From NCBI RefSeq assembly GCF_009914755.1, contig NC_060934.1: a DNA stretch of 64,000 bases; one strand, written 5' to 3'. The notes under the pieces are model-generated. The model had not been told where the DNA came from. It did not search any database and worked only from the letters and a program-made list of their open reading frames with translations. A program made the translations under genes and the position numbers. The DNA is from the human T2T-CHM13v2.0 reference genome, Homo sapiens. This document shows, piece by piece, positions 27,584-41,865 of the stretch. Within the stretch, counting starts at the first letter, position 1, and each line of letters starts with the position of its first letter.

Positions 27584-28207
27584 CATCCATCCATAGTTAA
27601 ATCTGAGGTTTTTAAAAGTAATTTCAAAACAGAGGAGAGAGGATTTTTTCTTTGAGTTCTAATAATGATGTAATTTTATTATTTACTTTGTGTGTGTATA
27701 ATAAGTGATAGAATATTTATGCTAAAGCCCAGAAGAACTCCAATTAAGCAGCACAATTTTAGTTATTTTATAAATACATATAGAGTGCTTAAAATTATTC
27801 AGTACTTTTCAAGCAATTGAATAAATACTGTTTTCCCTGTTGGCTGGAGGGGGTCCAATGGGTAAACATTGTATTCCAGGTTTGGAAAAAACTATGTAAG
27901 TGCTCTGGTTTGTTGTGCAAATGAAGATAAATCAAAGTTGCCTTGCAGGATGGATTTACTTGTTTTATTTTTTAAAGAAATTAAATACATTAGTAAATCT
28001 AACAGGAACACAGCCAAGAAAGCAAGAAAAGAAATATTAAAATTTAAGAATTTTAATTACACAGAATTCTAAATTGTTACAAATTTTGACTTCAGGTTGG
28101 TTTTATGTGCGTTGAACTCTGTACACTTAGCATTGCTTCTTGAAATTAGGTCTTGGTGTTTGGGGCAGCGGGGCCCAAAGGAATGGCAGATTTTGTACTT
28201 ATTTTTA

Positions 28208-28673
28208 TTTTTTTTAAATTATACTTTAAGTTCTGGGATACATGTGCAGAACGTGCAGGTTTGTGACAATGGTATACATGTGCAATGGTGGTTTGCTGCA
28301 CCCATCAACCCATCATCTAACATTAGGTATTTCTCCTAGTGCTATCCCTCCCCAACCCCCCCCCCTCCCCTGACAGGCCCTGGTGTGTGAAGTTCCCCTC
28401 CCTGTGTCCATGTGTTCTCATTGTTCAACTCCCGCTTATGAGTGAGAATATGCAGCGTTTGGTTTTCTGTTCCTATGTTAGTTTGCTGAGAATGATGGTT
28501 TCCAGCTTCATCCATGTCCCTGCATAGGACATGAACTCATCCTTTTTTTATGGCTGCATAGTGTTCCATGGTGTGTATATGCCACATTTTCTTTATCCAG
28601 TCTATCACTGATGAGCATTTGGGTTGGTTCCAAGTCTTTGCTATTGTGAACAGTGCTGCAATAAACATATGTG
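28208..28673 (-). mobile_element. 5'-truncated L1PA (L1PA7/8-like) 3' end
   Basis: TTATACTTTAAGTTCTGGGATACATGTGCAGAACGTGCAGG...; imperfect TSD TTGTACTTATTTTTA / TTGTTGTTATTTTTA. Confidence 0.92.
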
Positions 28674-29693
28674 TTGTTGTTATTTTTAATTTATGTTTCT
28701 ATCTTGTCTGGATAAAAATATGACAAAATAATCTAGGACCAACCAATAAATGAGTATGAAAAGTAGTTAAATACTGAACAGCAAGAAGTTATTGACTTGT
28801 TTTCAGTTAATGAATATTATTCTAAATGACATTAACTTCATTTTTTCCTTCCTCTTCTTCTCTTTTCTTTCCTTCTCTCATTCACAATAAATCAATACAT
28901 TCATATGTATAAGTGTAGTCAATTGCTTCTTAAAGGTAAGACTTATGTATAAACAACAAGTAATCACTTTTTTTCATTTAAACTGGTATATTCTGCTATG
29001 TTAAATGTGTCCAATTCATATTTTAAGTCCTTTTGGACACCTATCTCAACAGATGGAAGACAGTGTGCCAGAATGTAGTAGCAAGGATTGGGCCATCTGA
29101 AAATATGCAGAATTCTATATGGGACATATAGAATTAACCTAAATCAGATTTTGTTATCATATAGAAACACATCAAAATTAGCTTTTGTATTAGATAAGAA
29201 GTCAAACCAGTGCAAGGAGATTGGAGTCTCTTCTAGAATATTATTTTAGAATTTATTTAGCCTACATTAAGGATACATTGTCTCACTGATAACAGTTCAT
29301 CCAGAGAGTCTTCACTGTTTCTGACTCTCAGAATTCTAACATCTAGTTAGTCTTTCTAGCACTAAACAGTTTCTACTTAACTTCGAAGCCCCATAATATA
29401 GACAAGAGATACTCTGTTTGATTACAAAAAAAAATCAAACATGTCAGAAAAGAGATATTTTCTTTCTTTTACAAGTAGTGTTTCTTCTTTATAGCCTTTG
29501 TTAGATAGCTCTGACATCTCAAAATACATGGCTGACTACTTTAAATAGATATTTTTTGTATAAATTTCACAACAATCTGATTATACTACACTATACAATG
29601 TGTTTGATCTCTCCTATTTAATCCCCAGATGTTTGCTTTCTGAGAATCACAGCACACGCATACATATTCTCTCTTCAGTACTGGCTTTGTCAC

Positions 29694-30457
<764 letters not shown>

Positions 30458-31857
30458 GTCAGCAAACTTCATTATGTCCATGTTTCTGCATACCTCACTA
30501 TTTTGGTCCAAGAACCTGTCTATATGTCTTATCCTGATCTCACCTGGCTCATCGTGTCCTGCTGCCATCCATGCCAATTAGTTTGATCTCTACAGAGTTA
30601 GTTGAAGCTGGGTTTGATAAAATAAATGGAGATAGTGTTTGCAGGAGTCAGGAAAAGGAAATAGAGTCTAGGGGAGTAAGTGACCCTCTAGAAGGAATAG
30701 AATGTTGGTGAAAGAGCCAGAATACAAACCAGGGAAACAAGCCACACAGTCCCAGGGGCACATAGGGACAGATCTGGAATTTTCATGAAGCTGAGGGTCT
30801 ATGCTGAAGACAGTGAATTAGAGAGTGAATCACACTAGAGTAACATTGTAGCTAAAGACCTTGATATACCCAGAAAAAGTCATAACTTGAGGAGAGCTGA
30901 AGTCAATGATAAATTCATAATCATTGAGAATGAAAAGCTTCATCATCATGACAATTGAGGCACAGATGACATCTTTATGTGGGTTTCAAATAGCTTTTTT
31001 AAAAAAGATTTTAAAAATTATTCAATGTTCAACTTATAAATTAATAAAGAATATATTTTATAAAACTTATAGAAACCGAAAAGACAAATCATTGCAGTCA
31101 CCTTCCAAAAATACCTAATGTCAGATACCTACTGATAGCTATTTAAGGATTTTACTATTTATGTACAACTGTTATATGCAACTATTTTCCTGTTTATGTG
31201 CAACTTTTAACCTAATTATTTTAGTGACAACTATGCAGCTTTAGTGTTGCTGATAATTTAATATTATATCCTTCCATGTTATTTAATATTAAAATTTTCC
31301 AAACTCTTCTTTGTTTTCTTATGCCGCCACCATCTACTTCTTTTTCTCAGTTTTAAGGATTCTTAGTTCTGTGAGACCAGGGGATAGGGTAGGTGTAATA
31401 ATAAAAAAGCATTAGAATGAAAGACAACATAACCTCAATCTACAGTGTGCATCTTGAGCACCTGTTGTGTGGTAGGACCTCTGTCCCCAAAATGTCCAAC
31501 CTACAGAAGCAGAGGCACACCTCCTGCTAATCTGATTCTGTGCCTTTTTTTTCCTGCTGTTTCCTATGAGCCTAGGACCACACCCCACACCTTCACACAT
31601 ACCCTTGCTATGGCTTCAGAGCAGGAGCTAATCTGGTTATTCTTAGGCAGTGGAAAATGGCAATGTCTGGGAATGATCCTGGAGGAAAGCGAGACTGATT
31701 TTTGGCTTTGTAATGGAAAACTTGTGGTTTGCTTTTAAGCCTACTGTACGCACTGGGTTTTCATGTGGATAAAGAAGATTCTCATAGATCTTTTCTAGTT
31801 TTGATGGGGAGAAAATTAAGTTGGGTACTTCCTAATTTGGTTATAACTCTTACAGTA

Positions 31858-32530
31858 TTTTTTATTTCAGTATATCAGAGTACTGTAAAATACACAAATC
31901 TTGAAAGTACAGATCAATGAATGTTTACATATTTATATACTCATGTAAAAAATACCAGCTCACAATACAGGACATTTCCACTTCTTTGGAAGGCCCTCCC
32001 AAATCTCCTTGTAGTTAATCTCCTCTGCCAAAGGTAACCACTATTCTGAGTTCTACCATTACAGATTAGTATTGCCCTTTTTCAACTTCAGATGAATGGA
32101 ATCAGGTAGTATGTACTCTTCTGTGTCTGGTTTCTTTTGCTAAACATTATGTCTAGAAGAGTCATACCTTTTGCTGTGTGTATCAAAAGTTTATTCTTGC
32201 TTTGTAACATTCTCTTGCATAAATGTGCCACCATTTGTTTATTCATTTTTACTGACAAAGGGCATTTGGATTATTGCCATTTTGAGGCTAGTATAAATAA
32301 AGCTGCTGGAAACATTCTTGAGCATGTTTTTCGTGAGCGTCTGCCTTCATTTCTCTTAAGTATATACCTGAGAATAAAATTTCTGGGTTATATAGGAAGC
32401 ATATATATAACTTTTATAGATAGTGCTATATAATTTTGCACAGTGGTTGAACTAATTTATGCTCCTAAAAAATATAAAAAAAGAGGTTTGTTCCAGATCC
32501 TAACAGTATTTAGTATTGTCAATCTTAATT
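31858..32530 (-). mobile_element. L1ME-type 3' end
   Basis: AAATACACAAATCTTGAAAGTACAG..AAGGTAACCACTATTCTGA..ATGAATGGAATCA..GTATGTACTCTTCTGTGTCTGG pattern. Confidence 0.75.
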
Positions 32531-32606
32531 TATTTGGTTAAAATATTTTAATCAAATAAAATACCACATAGTCTGCAAATATTTTGAGTGTACACCCCAT
32601 TAACAA

Positions 32607-32710
32607 TATTTTTAGCACGTTGACCTATATATTTATATTTAGCACATTGACCTATATATATTTTAGCACATTGACCTGTATTGACCTATATATATTGACC
32701 TTATATATTT
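32607..32710. repeat. Degenerate minisatellite of TTTAGCAC(A/G)TTGACCTATATA
   Basis: Three long units plus extra TTGACCT sub-units, read directly. Confidence 0.85.
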
Positions 32711-32779
32711 AAGACATTAAATACTTAAATGTCTGAACTAATACATATACAAAATAAGATTTATGAAAAGATAAGATAT

Positions 32780-33480
32780 TAAATAGAATTGAGAGCCCAG
32801 AAATAAACTCATGCATATGGTCAGTTGATCTTCAGGGAATCTTTATGCACTGTTGATGGGAATGTAAATTGTTACAGTCACTATGGAAAACAGTATGGAG
32901 CTTCCTCAAAAAATTAAAAATAGAACTACCATATGTTCAAGTAATCCCATTTCTGAATACATAGCCAGAGGAAATCAAATCAGTATGGTGAAGAGATATC
33001 TGCACTCCATATTTACTACAGTGTATTCACAATAGACAGGGCATGGAATTAATCTGTGTCCATCTACAAGATGAATGAATAAAGAATATGTATATATATA
33101 CACACATATATATATACACACATATATATAACATATGTATGTATGTCATATGTATATATGTATATATACATATGTCATTTATGTGTGTGTATATGGTGTG
33201 TGTATTTATATGTGTGTATACACACACAATGAAATATTATTGAGCCTTAAAAAGAGAAAATACTGCCATTCGCAACATGGATGAGCATTGAGGACATTGT
33301 GCTAAGTGAGATAAAGCCAGGCACAGAAAGATAAATACTGCATAATCCTACTTAAGTGTAGAAACTAAAAAAAGTAGAACTCCTAAAAACAAGAGCGTGA
33401 ACTGGGGGTTTATAGGGCTAGGAATTGGGGAAATAGGGAGCTATTGAACAAATGGCGCTAAATGAAGAAAAAAAAGGTAA
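32780..33480 (+). mobile_element. L1M (MA/MB-like) ORF2 end and 3' UTR, with an internal deletion and an expanded TA/CA/TG tract at 33086-33228
   Basis: GAGAGCCCAGAAATAAAC..GATCTTCA is joined to GCACTGTTGATGGGAATGTAAATT..CTATGGAAAACAGTATGGAG..GCTAAGTGAGATAAAGCCAGGCACAGAAAG. Confidence 0.82.
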
Positions 33481-33908
33481 GAGAAACGTAGATAGAATTA
33501 GCAATATTTTTTTCTGTCAGCCACATAGATTGTCTTGTGCAATTTTTGTAAATACCCCTCTACTTTAAGGCATACACACGTACCATGGGTCATAATGAAA
33601 TCAGTGATTACCACATGGATTGATAATGTTCTGTGTCCCACCAGTTTCTCCTGTTCAGTTCTGGAGATAATCTAAGCTAGATGAGAGTGCCTAGCTCTGT
33701 AAAATTTAGAAAAGGCTTAGGGGGCTAATAATTGTGAGTCAGTCCAATGTGGTCATCCCCCTGTGTTTCCCTTGTGTGGTGCATCAGGGCAGTGCACCCT
33801 GCCCAGGGGACAACTTTAAGATGTATGTGCATGCCTGGAGTGTAGCCCTTTTTCTTCTGTTTGTTTTGCATACAGCTGATTTTTCCTTTGTTGGTGGTTC
33901 TTCTAAAC

Positions 33909-34216
33909 TGGTGGTTCTCAAAATATGATATGGAGATTCATGGGCATTCCTGACACTATTTAGTGGGAATTCATGAGGTCAAAACTATTCTCATAATGCT
34001 AAGGTATTATTTTCCTTTTCTTTTTCATTGTCTCACAAGGTTACAGTGGAGTTTTTTAGAGGCTAAGACAGCTAATAATATGTATGCTTGGATACTTATA
34101 TGTTTTAAAACTTTCCAGTCACTATTTAACATGGTAAATGTAGATAGATACAACACATATAAACAACTGTTAGGAATGTATAAGGGTCCTGGGACCAAAA
34201 AGCTTGAGAACCACCC
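33909..34216. mobile_element. hAT-Charlie (Charlie1-family) deletion derivative
   Basis: Terminal inverted repeats TGGTGGTTCTCAA / TTGAGAACCACCC; internal GAGGTCAAAACTATT motif; degenerate 8-bp TSD. Confidence 0.7.
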
Positions 34217-34857
34217 TTTTAAATTAAAACAAGATAAAATGAGGGCAGATAAACAATATGCTAGACTTTAATAAAAAGTCTAACATAATAGGAAGCATGG
34301 ATAGATCCATGCTTTTGGGGAAAAATTTTAATGGAACTCATTAACCAATAAATTATATCCATTGCTTCTGTATGGCATATAGGGTGAAACTAATAACAGT
34401 GGAATTACTTTGAAATGCAAAGGGATAACCCTGGACTAGCCATTTCAAACTCAGGAGCCAATTGTAACATGAACCACGGGGCTTCCAAGTTTTCTCAGTG
34501 GAAGGGCATTTCTTCTGTCTTCATATCTAGTATATAACATTTGACTGTACCTCTCTTCTCAGCATCATCAAGTCCTGACACTTATGACACATGTCAGAGA
34601 ATTCATCCATGAATTTATCTATAAATTTTTGAAAATTTCTTGAAACATTTCGATGTTTGAGAGAGACAGGTTAAAGCCCAGTGTTAGCTATGCATTTTTT
34701 AGGTTTCCTAATTCTGTCTTGAAAGAGGGCATCAATGTCTAAAATACCTAAACTATGGTAGTATTCCATAGAAATGTTGAAATGATTTAAAATATCCATC
34801 CCTAATTGGTATAAGAATTATCTTCAGATAAATTGTTGGTAATATTATCCAGAATTT

Positions 34858-35177
34858 TTTTTTCTCTCTCCTTTTTTTTTTTTTTTTTTTTTTTTAAGAA
34901 AAGATCTTGCTCTGTCACCTGGGCTAGAGTGCAGTGGTGCAATCTTAGCTCACTGAAGCCTCGAACTACTGGGCTCAAGCAAATCTTCTGCCTCAGCCTA
35001 ACGAGTAGCTAGGACTACATGTGTGCACCACCATGCCCAGCCAATTTTTGTACATTTTGTAGAGATGAGCTTTTGCCATGTTGCCTAGGCTGGTCTTGAA
35101 TTCCTGGGCTCAAGTGATTCTCCCGCTTTGGCCTCCCAAAGTTCTAGGACTATAGGCGAGGGCCACCACTCCTGGCC
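34858..35177 (-). mobile_element. Alu (AluJ-type)
   Basis: Divergent Alu (GCAGCCTCGAAC-like, GGGCTCAAG); TSD TATTATCCAGAATT/TATTATCAAGGATT. Confidence 0.92.
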
Positions 35178-35530
35178 TATTATCAAGGATTTGTATATCC
35201 ATATGATAAATTCCTTATAGGTCTTGGTGCTTGGACAGCATTTATCCTGCCTCTTGATGAATGTGAATACTTTAGTTAGTCAGACATTGCAAACCACATT
35301 TCCATTATTGCCTGAGATGAATTTAGCCTTAGATATAATGTTCAACTAGAGTAACTTAGTGTTGGAAATACAGTATGCATTTTCTTTTGGAAATTTTGTT
35401 ATTTTAACTTTTTTCATCTGGCTTTATTTAAGTTTTTATATTGTTGATTGTTTCTTATCTTTTGTGGATATAGGCATGGCATAAGAATTAGTGGATTAAT
35501 GTCTAACACACTTGTAAAAGTCAAGGTGTT

Positions 35531-35949
35531 TGTGTTAGTCCATTTTGCATTACTATAAAGGAATATTTGAGACCGGGTAATTTATGAAGAAAAGAGGTTT
35601 ATTTGGTTCATGGTTCTACAGGCTGTATGAGCATACTGCCAGCATCTTCTTGGCTTCTGGTGAGGCCTCAGAAAGCTTTTACTCATGGCAGAAGGTGAAG
35701 GGGGAGCAGGTGTGTGACATGGCAAGAGAGGCAGCAAGAGAGAGAGGAGGAGGTGCCAGGCTCCTTTGAACAACCAGCTGTCACGTGAGTTAACAGGGCA
35801 AGAACTCACTCATTACCATGGGGAGATCACCAAGCTATTCATGAGGGATTCACCCCCATGACTCAAACACCTCCCATCAGGCCCCACCTCCACTAATGAG
35901 GATCACATTTCAACATGAGATTTGGAGGGACAATACCCAAATCATATCA
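35531..35949 (-). mobile_element. MSTB MaLR solo LTR, full length
   Basis: TGTGTTAGTCC...ATCATATCA, 419 bp, with perfect 5-bp TSD GTGTT. Confidence 0.93.
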
Positions 35950-38900
35950 GTGTTCAATGTTTGGAATTATAATTTGAGTACCAGTTATAATTTGGATAAA
36001 AAATAGTTTTTCTCAAATTACTGGGGCCTTTATCTGTATAATCAACATAATTTTCCCCCATGTTAGTGGTTTTCAGCTTTTTATTTGTACTCCAAACTAC
36101 CAGAAATACTGACTTACTCTGGTTTGTAAGAATAGGTCACTGTAGCCATAATGTTAGTTATTGAAGTTGGAAATAGTTAAAACTAATTGTGAGTGGAGTA
36201 TACATGTACATTTTCTGTATGGGCTAGAAATTAATTAGGCAAATTAATAGAGACCAACTAAGTATTTTTAGATTTTAGAAATCACTGAGTCACATCTGCA
36301 TGATTTTTGCTGTTTTCAGATTCTACCAAGCTCTTTCCCCTTTCTCCTGTTATCTGATCTTTGTAATGATGCAAGAGCAAAAAGATCATAATATAAGAAT
36401 AAAAATCAGTCCTCTCAGGAAAAAGTACAGTAGGTGTTCCAAATGGACAGAAAAATCAAGAAAAAATTTAACATTACACGTTCACAGACAGGAACAAGAG
36501 CACTGTAGGCAAAGACACACCCTGAGCAACAGTACAGAGATGGGAAAATTTAGTCGATGATGCCTTTAGAGAGTCCGTGGTCTGTTCCTGCCAGTCTCCT
36601 GTGCCTACAACAGCTGCCTGACACCTCACCCTGAGCTCCCCAAATTCTAGCTCCCATATTTCCCCTGGAAATACAATAAGGAGTAATCTAAACTTAATTT
36701 GGTAGATGACAGAAAGCTATTAAAGGTATTTGAGCAGGTGTCAGAATTTAGCTGCACATTTTTAAAATTAATCTAGCAGGAATGCATGAGATGGTTTGGG
36801 GTGTGGAGGGAACTGGAGACAAGGGCAGAGAGGGTCAGTCATCAAGGCTCAAAACCGTCTCATCCCTAAAATCTCCAGATTGAAGTTCCCAAGTCTGGCC
36901 TTTGTCTATGATTTCTCAGCAGTTGATGCTGTGGGGAAGTAAAGATGAGAAATCAGAGAAGAAAGGAGAAGCAGGTGGGTTTACAAGACAGTGAACTTGA
37001 TGCCCATTCATGGGTACAATACTAGAATAGTATGGCAAGGAGTTGATTTGTAAAAGCTATTAGGGTAAGGGGCCATCATGAATTCTCTATCTTATCATCT
37101 CTTTCTCAGATGGCTTTACTAGATTATTAGCTGGAGAAAATGTGATAGCCACTGTGGATTAGACTGTGGTAGTACATTTAACAGTGTCACTGTGGATAAG
37201 ATAGAACAATTTAGGCTGAATATGAGGAGAGTCCCACAGCACACTACTCTAAATGCAGCTCTTAAAAACTCCAACAAAAGAAGCTAATAGTTTCCTACTA
37301 TAAACCAATATAACTGCCCCAGATCCCATGCTGTGCATACATTTTTAAGAATATGTTCTAGTAAAATATATGGCAATAGAGAAAATTTGTTTAGCTACTC
37401 CCTCTGGGAACCAAGAATCTTTCACTTAAATGTAGCTAGTCCTCCAGAGGATTGAGGAAGTGCTGGAGGACTAAGTTGATAATAAAAACTCTCAATTTGA
37501 GTAGAGTTTTCTTAAGTACTGTGTTTATTCCTTCACAAATGGATAAAAGCTATTAATAAGGCCCATTAAATGTTTATATCTGCTGGATAAACTCCTAGGA
37601 CTTATCATTTGGGAAACAGGGATTGCCTCTTAGGAGGAATGGACCCTGTCCACAAGTGTCTACTATGTCTGGGGAAAGGGTTTCTTTACAGAGAGCTGGA
37701 ACCATGAGAGCCAGAGTTCTCATTCCCAGGTAAAGAACAAAGGAGAAAGGAGGAGGGCTCTTCTCTTCATGTGTTTGTCACCTGTTAATCATCAAGAAAG
37801 GAGAGATTGAATTATTTGGGAAGTAGCTTGTATCTTATTAAAATATAGCACAATAGACAAGATGTGAAATAATTTTACTCTTGTTATTGCCTGTAAGAAG
37901 ACATTAATTGAACAAACTTTCAGCAACAAGTTTAGTTTAGTTTCCCCTGAGGAAAAAATAAACCACCACAACAGTGGTGCTGAGAGACAGCCTATATTGT
38001 ACAGTCCATTAACACTAAAAGAAACAATTAGTTTTCCCAGTGATGACTGATGAATTATTTTAACTTGCTTATAAACATTAAGGGTACATCAACAAAGCAA
38101 AGTTTCCCAAAGTATTCAAGACAAAGAAAAACAACACAATTGTATGTTTGTTTATTATCTCAGTATTCGGATGATTGCCCTAAATATTCAATTTCTTGAT
38201 TGCATACAGCCATTTTCGTATATACCCACCAACTGACAAGATTATCATACAAATAAATAAAAATTATGAAAAAGGTTTGAAAGAGTATTATTTATTTATG
38301 CAGTATTTTTGGCTAATTTTTATTCATGAAGATAATTAAACTGAAAATAATATCTAGATTTCATAAACATAAATCATAGCTAAATATCAGTAAGAACTTG
38401 GTTATGCACAAGGACTTTTGGACACTGAAATGGTTCTATGAAATGTATAATTGTCTTCTTTGAGGATCCTTCAATGTAGAAAAGATAATATTATATTTTT
38501 GATACTCTTAATTTCTACACATAATGATTTACTAAATTCCAAACTGGGTTTATTAACTCATGAGTGTGGATGCATTTTATCATTGAATTCCAGTAACTAC
38601 TATTTCTAGGGAACTAAAATTGAAGACCTCATTTTAACATAAAAAGATACATCATGATGATTCTGAAAATGAGTTAATTGTGTAAAAAGAAAAAACATAT
38701 TGCTATGTCTTTCACTGCCCTTTACTTTCTAACTGGAAAAATGCCATCTTATAGAACAAGGAACTGGATCTGTCACAGATAAATTCTATTTCTTTGAAGG
38801 TTGAATTTCTTTCTAATTCCTGGAACAATTCAGAAAGTTTAGGATTATATTATCACTTAACCAGACAACTAGATTGCATCTATTCTGACAACTGGATACC

Positions 38901-39115
38901 TGAAGAAGTACAGGTTTTCTCTGGTACCTGAGAAACTTTTTATTTATGATAATTAGAACTTTTAAAATGATGGTAATGTCAGGCTTTGAGACTGTGGACA
39001 ACTACTTTTCATCACTTGGAAGATATATCTCTGAATTATTGGAAAAGTCAGTAATGACTAATTTTACTCTTATACTGAAAAATTTTAATATGTGAATGTT
39101 TAACATCTATATATA

Positions 39116-39161
39116 TTAGGTTGGAGCAAAAGTAATTGGTGCAACCTTTGGATCAACCTAA
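39116..39161. mobile_element. MADE1 (HSMAR1 MITE), internally deleted to 46 bp
   Basis: TA-TTAGGTTGGAGCAAAAGTAATTG...CTTTGGATCAACCTAA-TA: both HSMAR1 TIR ends plus TA duplication. Confidence 0.88.
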
Positions 39162-39888
39162 TAGAATAAATGGCAGCAAGTTGTCAAAGGAGCTCAAATT
39201 CTCAAAATAGTTTAGAATTTTAGATTGCCAAAGCTTTACTCTTATTTACCTTCACGTATTATAGGAGAACTTATTATTCTTCACCAGGAAAGTATATTTC
39301 ATAATCCTCACGTGAAAAAAAAATCAGAGACATTTTAACATATTGATAAGGGCTTTTTGACAAAGAAGCCATTTGACTGCCTCATTGGTGCTCAGACTTG
39401 TCATTCTTCCTGTGTTACTGAGCAAAGACTGTTCACAGCATTTAAAGTTGTGTTAGGAAATTACTTGTTAATTGCAAAGGGGGAGAGAAGGGCTTTTACA
39501 TTAGAGAAGTGGTAGTCACCACTTTAAACAAAGCATTAAAATCAGTATCACTTATACTGGAACAACCTGATATTCTGTGGCTCTTGGTGTAAAACAATGT
39601 GAATTACACAGCATCGTCTTTGATGTGTTCTTGCCAACAATGTTAAATTTTGTTCTAATGAAGGCTTTGATATAACTTTTAGTTTCTAGAAAACACAAGA
39701 ATATAGGAAAGAGTTACTGCTAGCAACAACTGGATAAATAGACAGATGATAAGGCAGGCATTTAATAAGGAAACTAGCTTGGTTACTTCAAAACATTTAT
39801 TTTGTTTCAAGACAAAGCAGAATAAAAATGTTCAAGAAACTGTTCAAGTTTAAAAGAAGCTAAAGAGACATAATATCCACATCAAATC

Positions 39889-40432
39889 TGTATTAGTTAT
39901 CTATTGCAGTATGACAAATTACACCAAAACGTACTGGTTTAAAACAACAAACATTTATCATCACGCAGTTTTCATGGGTGAGAAATCTGAGTGTAGCTTA
40001 ACTGGATGCCTCTGACTAAAGGTCTCTCATGAAGTTGCAATCAGCTATTGCCCAGGTTGCAGTCTCATCTGAAGCCTCAACTGGAGAAGGAGGGTGTGAG
40101 AATCTGCTTCAAGCTCATTCATGTGGCTGTTGATAAGTCTGTTTCTGGCCGTGTGAACATTTCCACAGGGATGCATTACAATATGGCAGTTGGCTTCTCT
40201 AAGGATAAATGATGCAAGACAGATCTGAGAATGACCAAGATGGAATTCCATGTCTTCTTATGCTTTCATTTTAAAAGTGACATTTTGTCACTTCTGTATT
40301 TTATTCCTCAAAAGTGATTTGATAAGTCAAGCTCACACTCAAAGTGGGAAGGTGGCAGGTTTACACAATGACATGAAGACCTTGGGATCAGTCAGGGATT
40401 ACTGGTGGCTACCTTAGAGGCTACCTACCACA
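39889..40432 (-). mobile_element. MLT1F-type MaLR solo LTR, within an old L1MC-like 3' end (about 39460-40820)
   Basis: TGTATTAGTTATCTATTGC..ACAAATTACACCAAAAC..AAAACAACAAACATTTAT...CTTAGAGGCTACCTACCACA. Confidence 0.85.
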
Positions 40433-41552
40433 GAAGACATAAAGCCTAACTCTTTTCTAGTTGCAGAAGATAAAATCTATGAAATATATTTTAACAGCAA
40501 TAAGGAAAATTTGAATATGAATTTGATACTAAGTAATATTAGGAAATTATTGTTAGTGTTTGTGTCAATGATGCTGTGGTCATGTAAGAGAATGCATGTA
40601 CTTATTCATAAAAGATACAGGGTTGAATGTATAGGTCTAAAGGACTATGACATCTTATTTTCTAAATACACGTGAACACACACACACATACATGTGTATG
40701 CATGCACACATACATAGATAAAGCAACAACTATTTTTGAATCTAGGTTGTGGGTACTTGGATGTTCATTTTCCTGCTCTTCCAACTTTTTAGTCTGTTTG
40801 GAATTTTTATATTTAATAAAGTATTAAGTAATTTGGTGTCTTAGGTGAACCCTACCACTGTCTTGTTCCAACAAGGCCAGGGGAAGCAGGTTGCACTGAT
40901 CTATGCCAACTTTTCAAATTGGTAAGAGCTGTTCAAAATGTTATGGTAAAAACAAAAACAAAAACAAAACTCATGATGTTGATGAAACCAGCTTTCTCCA
41001 GGTCTATTTCTATAGTTATGGTACCTATCATATTCCTTAATACCTATATTTACATGGTGACCACTTCGGGAAAGGGTGAAAAGATTTCCTGGGAGAGTAG
41101 GGTGTCTGTGGATTTGATATGTTCTATACTCAGTTAATCTAGTTTTATACTCTTTATGCTTTTCTTCAGGATTTTTATTAGCTTTTGTTTTGGAACTTTC
41201 CACCATATAACAGCTCTTCTACTTAAATCTGCCATTACCCTCTCAATATTTAACACTATTTTCACACACTCTTGAATAATGAGTCTTCAGTATGATTTGC
41301 ATCTACTGCTAATTTTAACAGGGCTACTTTTTGAGCCATCTAACAGTTATCCAGAGTACATAATTTTCCAAGTTGTTAGCGATACTGTGATTCTTTAATT
41401 ATATATGGTGTTCTGTTTGGAAATTTTGTTCCAGGTCATACATACACATTCACTAATAATAGGACAGTTTGGCTTATTTGTTCTTTCTAGTCCTATTGCA
41501 ATATAATTGTGATCTCTATAGTATAATTACTTATTGAACTTCTCTTAAAGTG

Positions 41553-41865
41553 TTTTTTTTTTTGTTTTTTTTTTTTTTTTTTTGAGTCACAGTCTCACTC
41601 TGTCGGCCAGGCTGGAGAGCAGTGGCACAATCTCGGCTCACTGCAACCTCTTTCTCCAGGGCTCAAGTAATTCTCCTACCTCAGCCTCCTGAGTAGCTGG
41701 GATTACAGGTGTGTGCCGCCACACCAGGCTAATTTTTGTATTTTTAGTAGAGACAGGGTTTCTTCATGTTGGCCAGGCTGGTCTCGAACTGCTGACCTCA
41801 AGTAATCCACCCTCCTGGGCCCCCCAAAGTGCTGGTATTACAGGCGTTAGCCACCGCACCCTGCC
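41553..41865 (-). mobile_element. Alu (AluS-type)
   Basis: Full Alu with a T-tail; TSD TAAAGTG. Confidence 0.95.
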
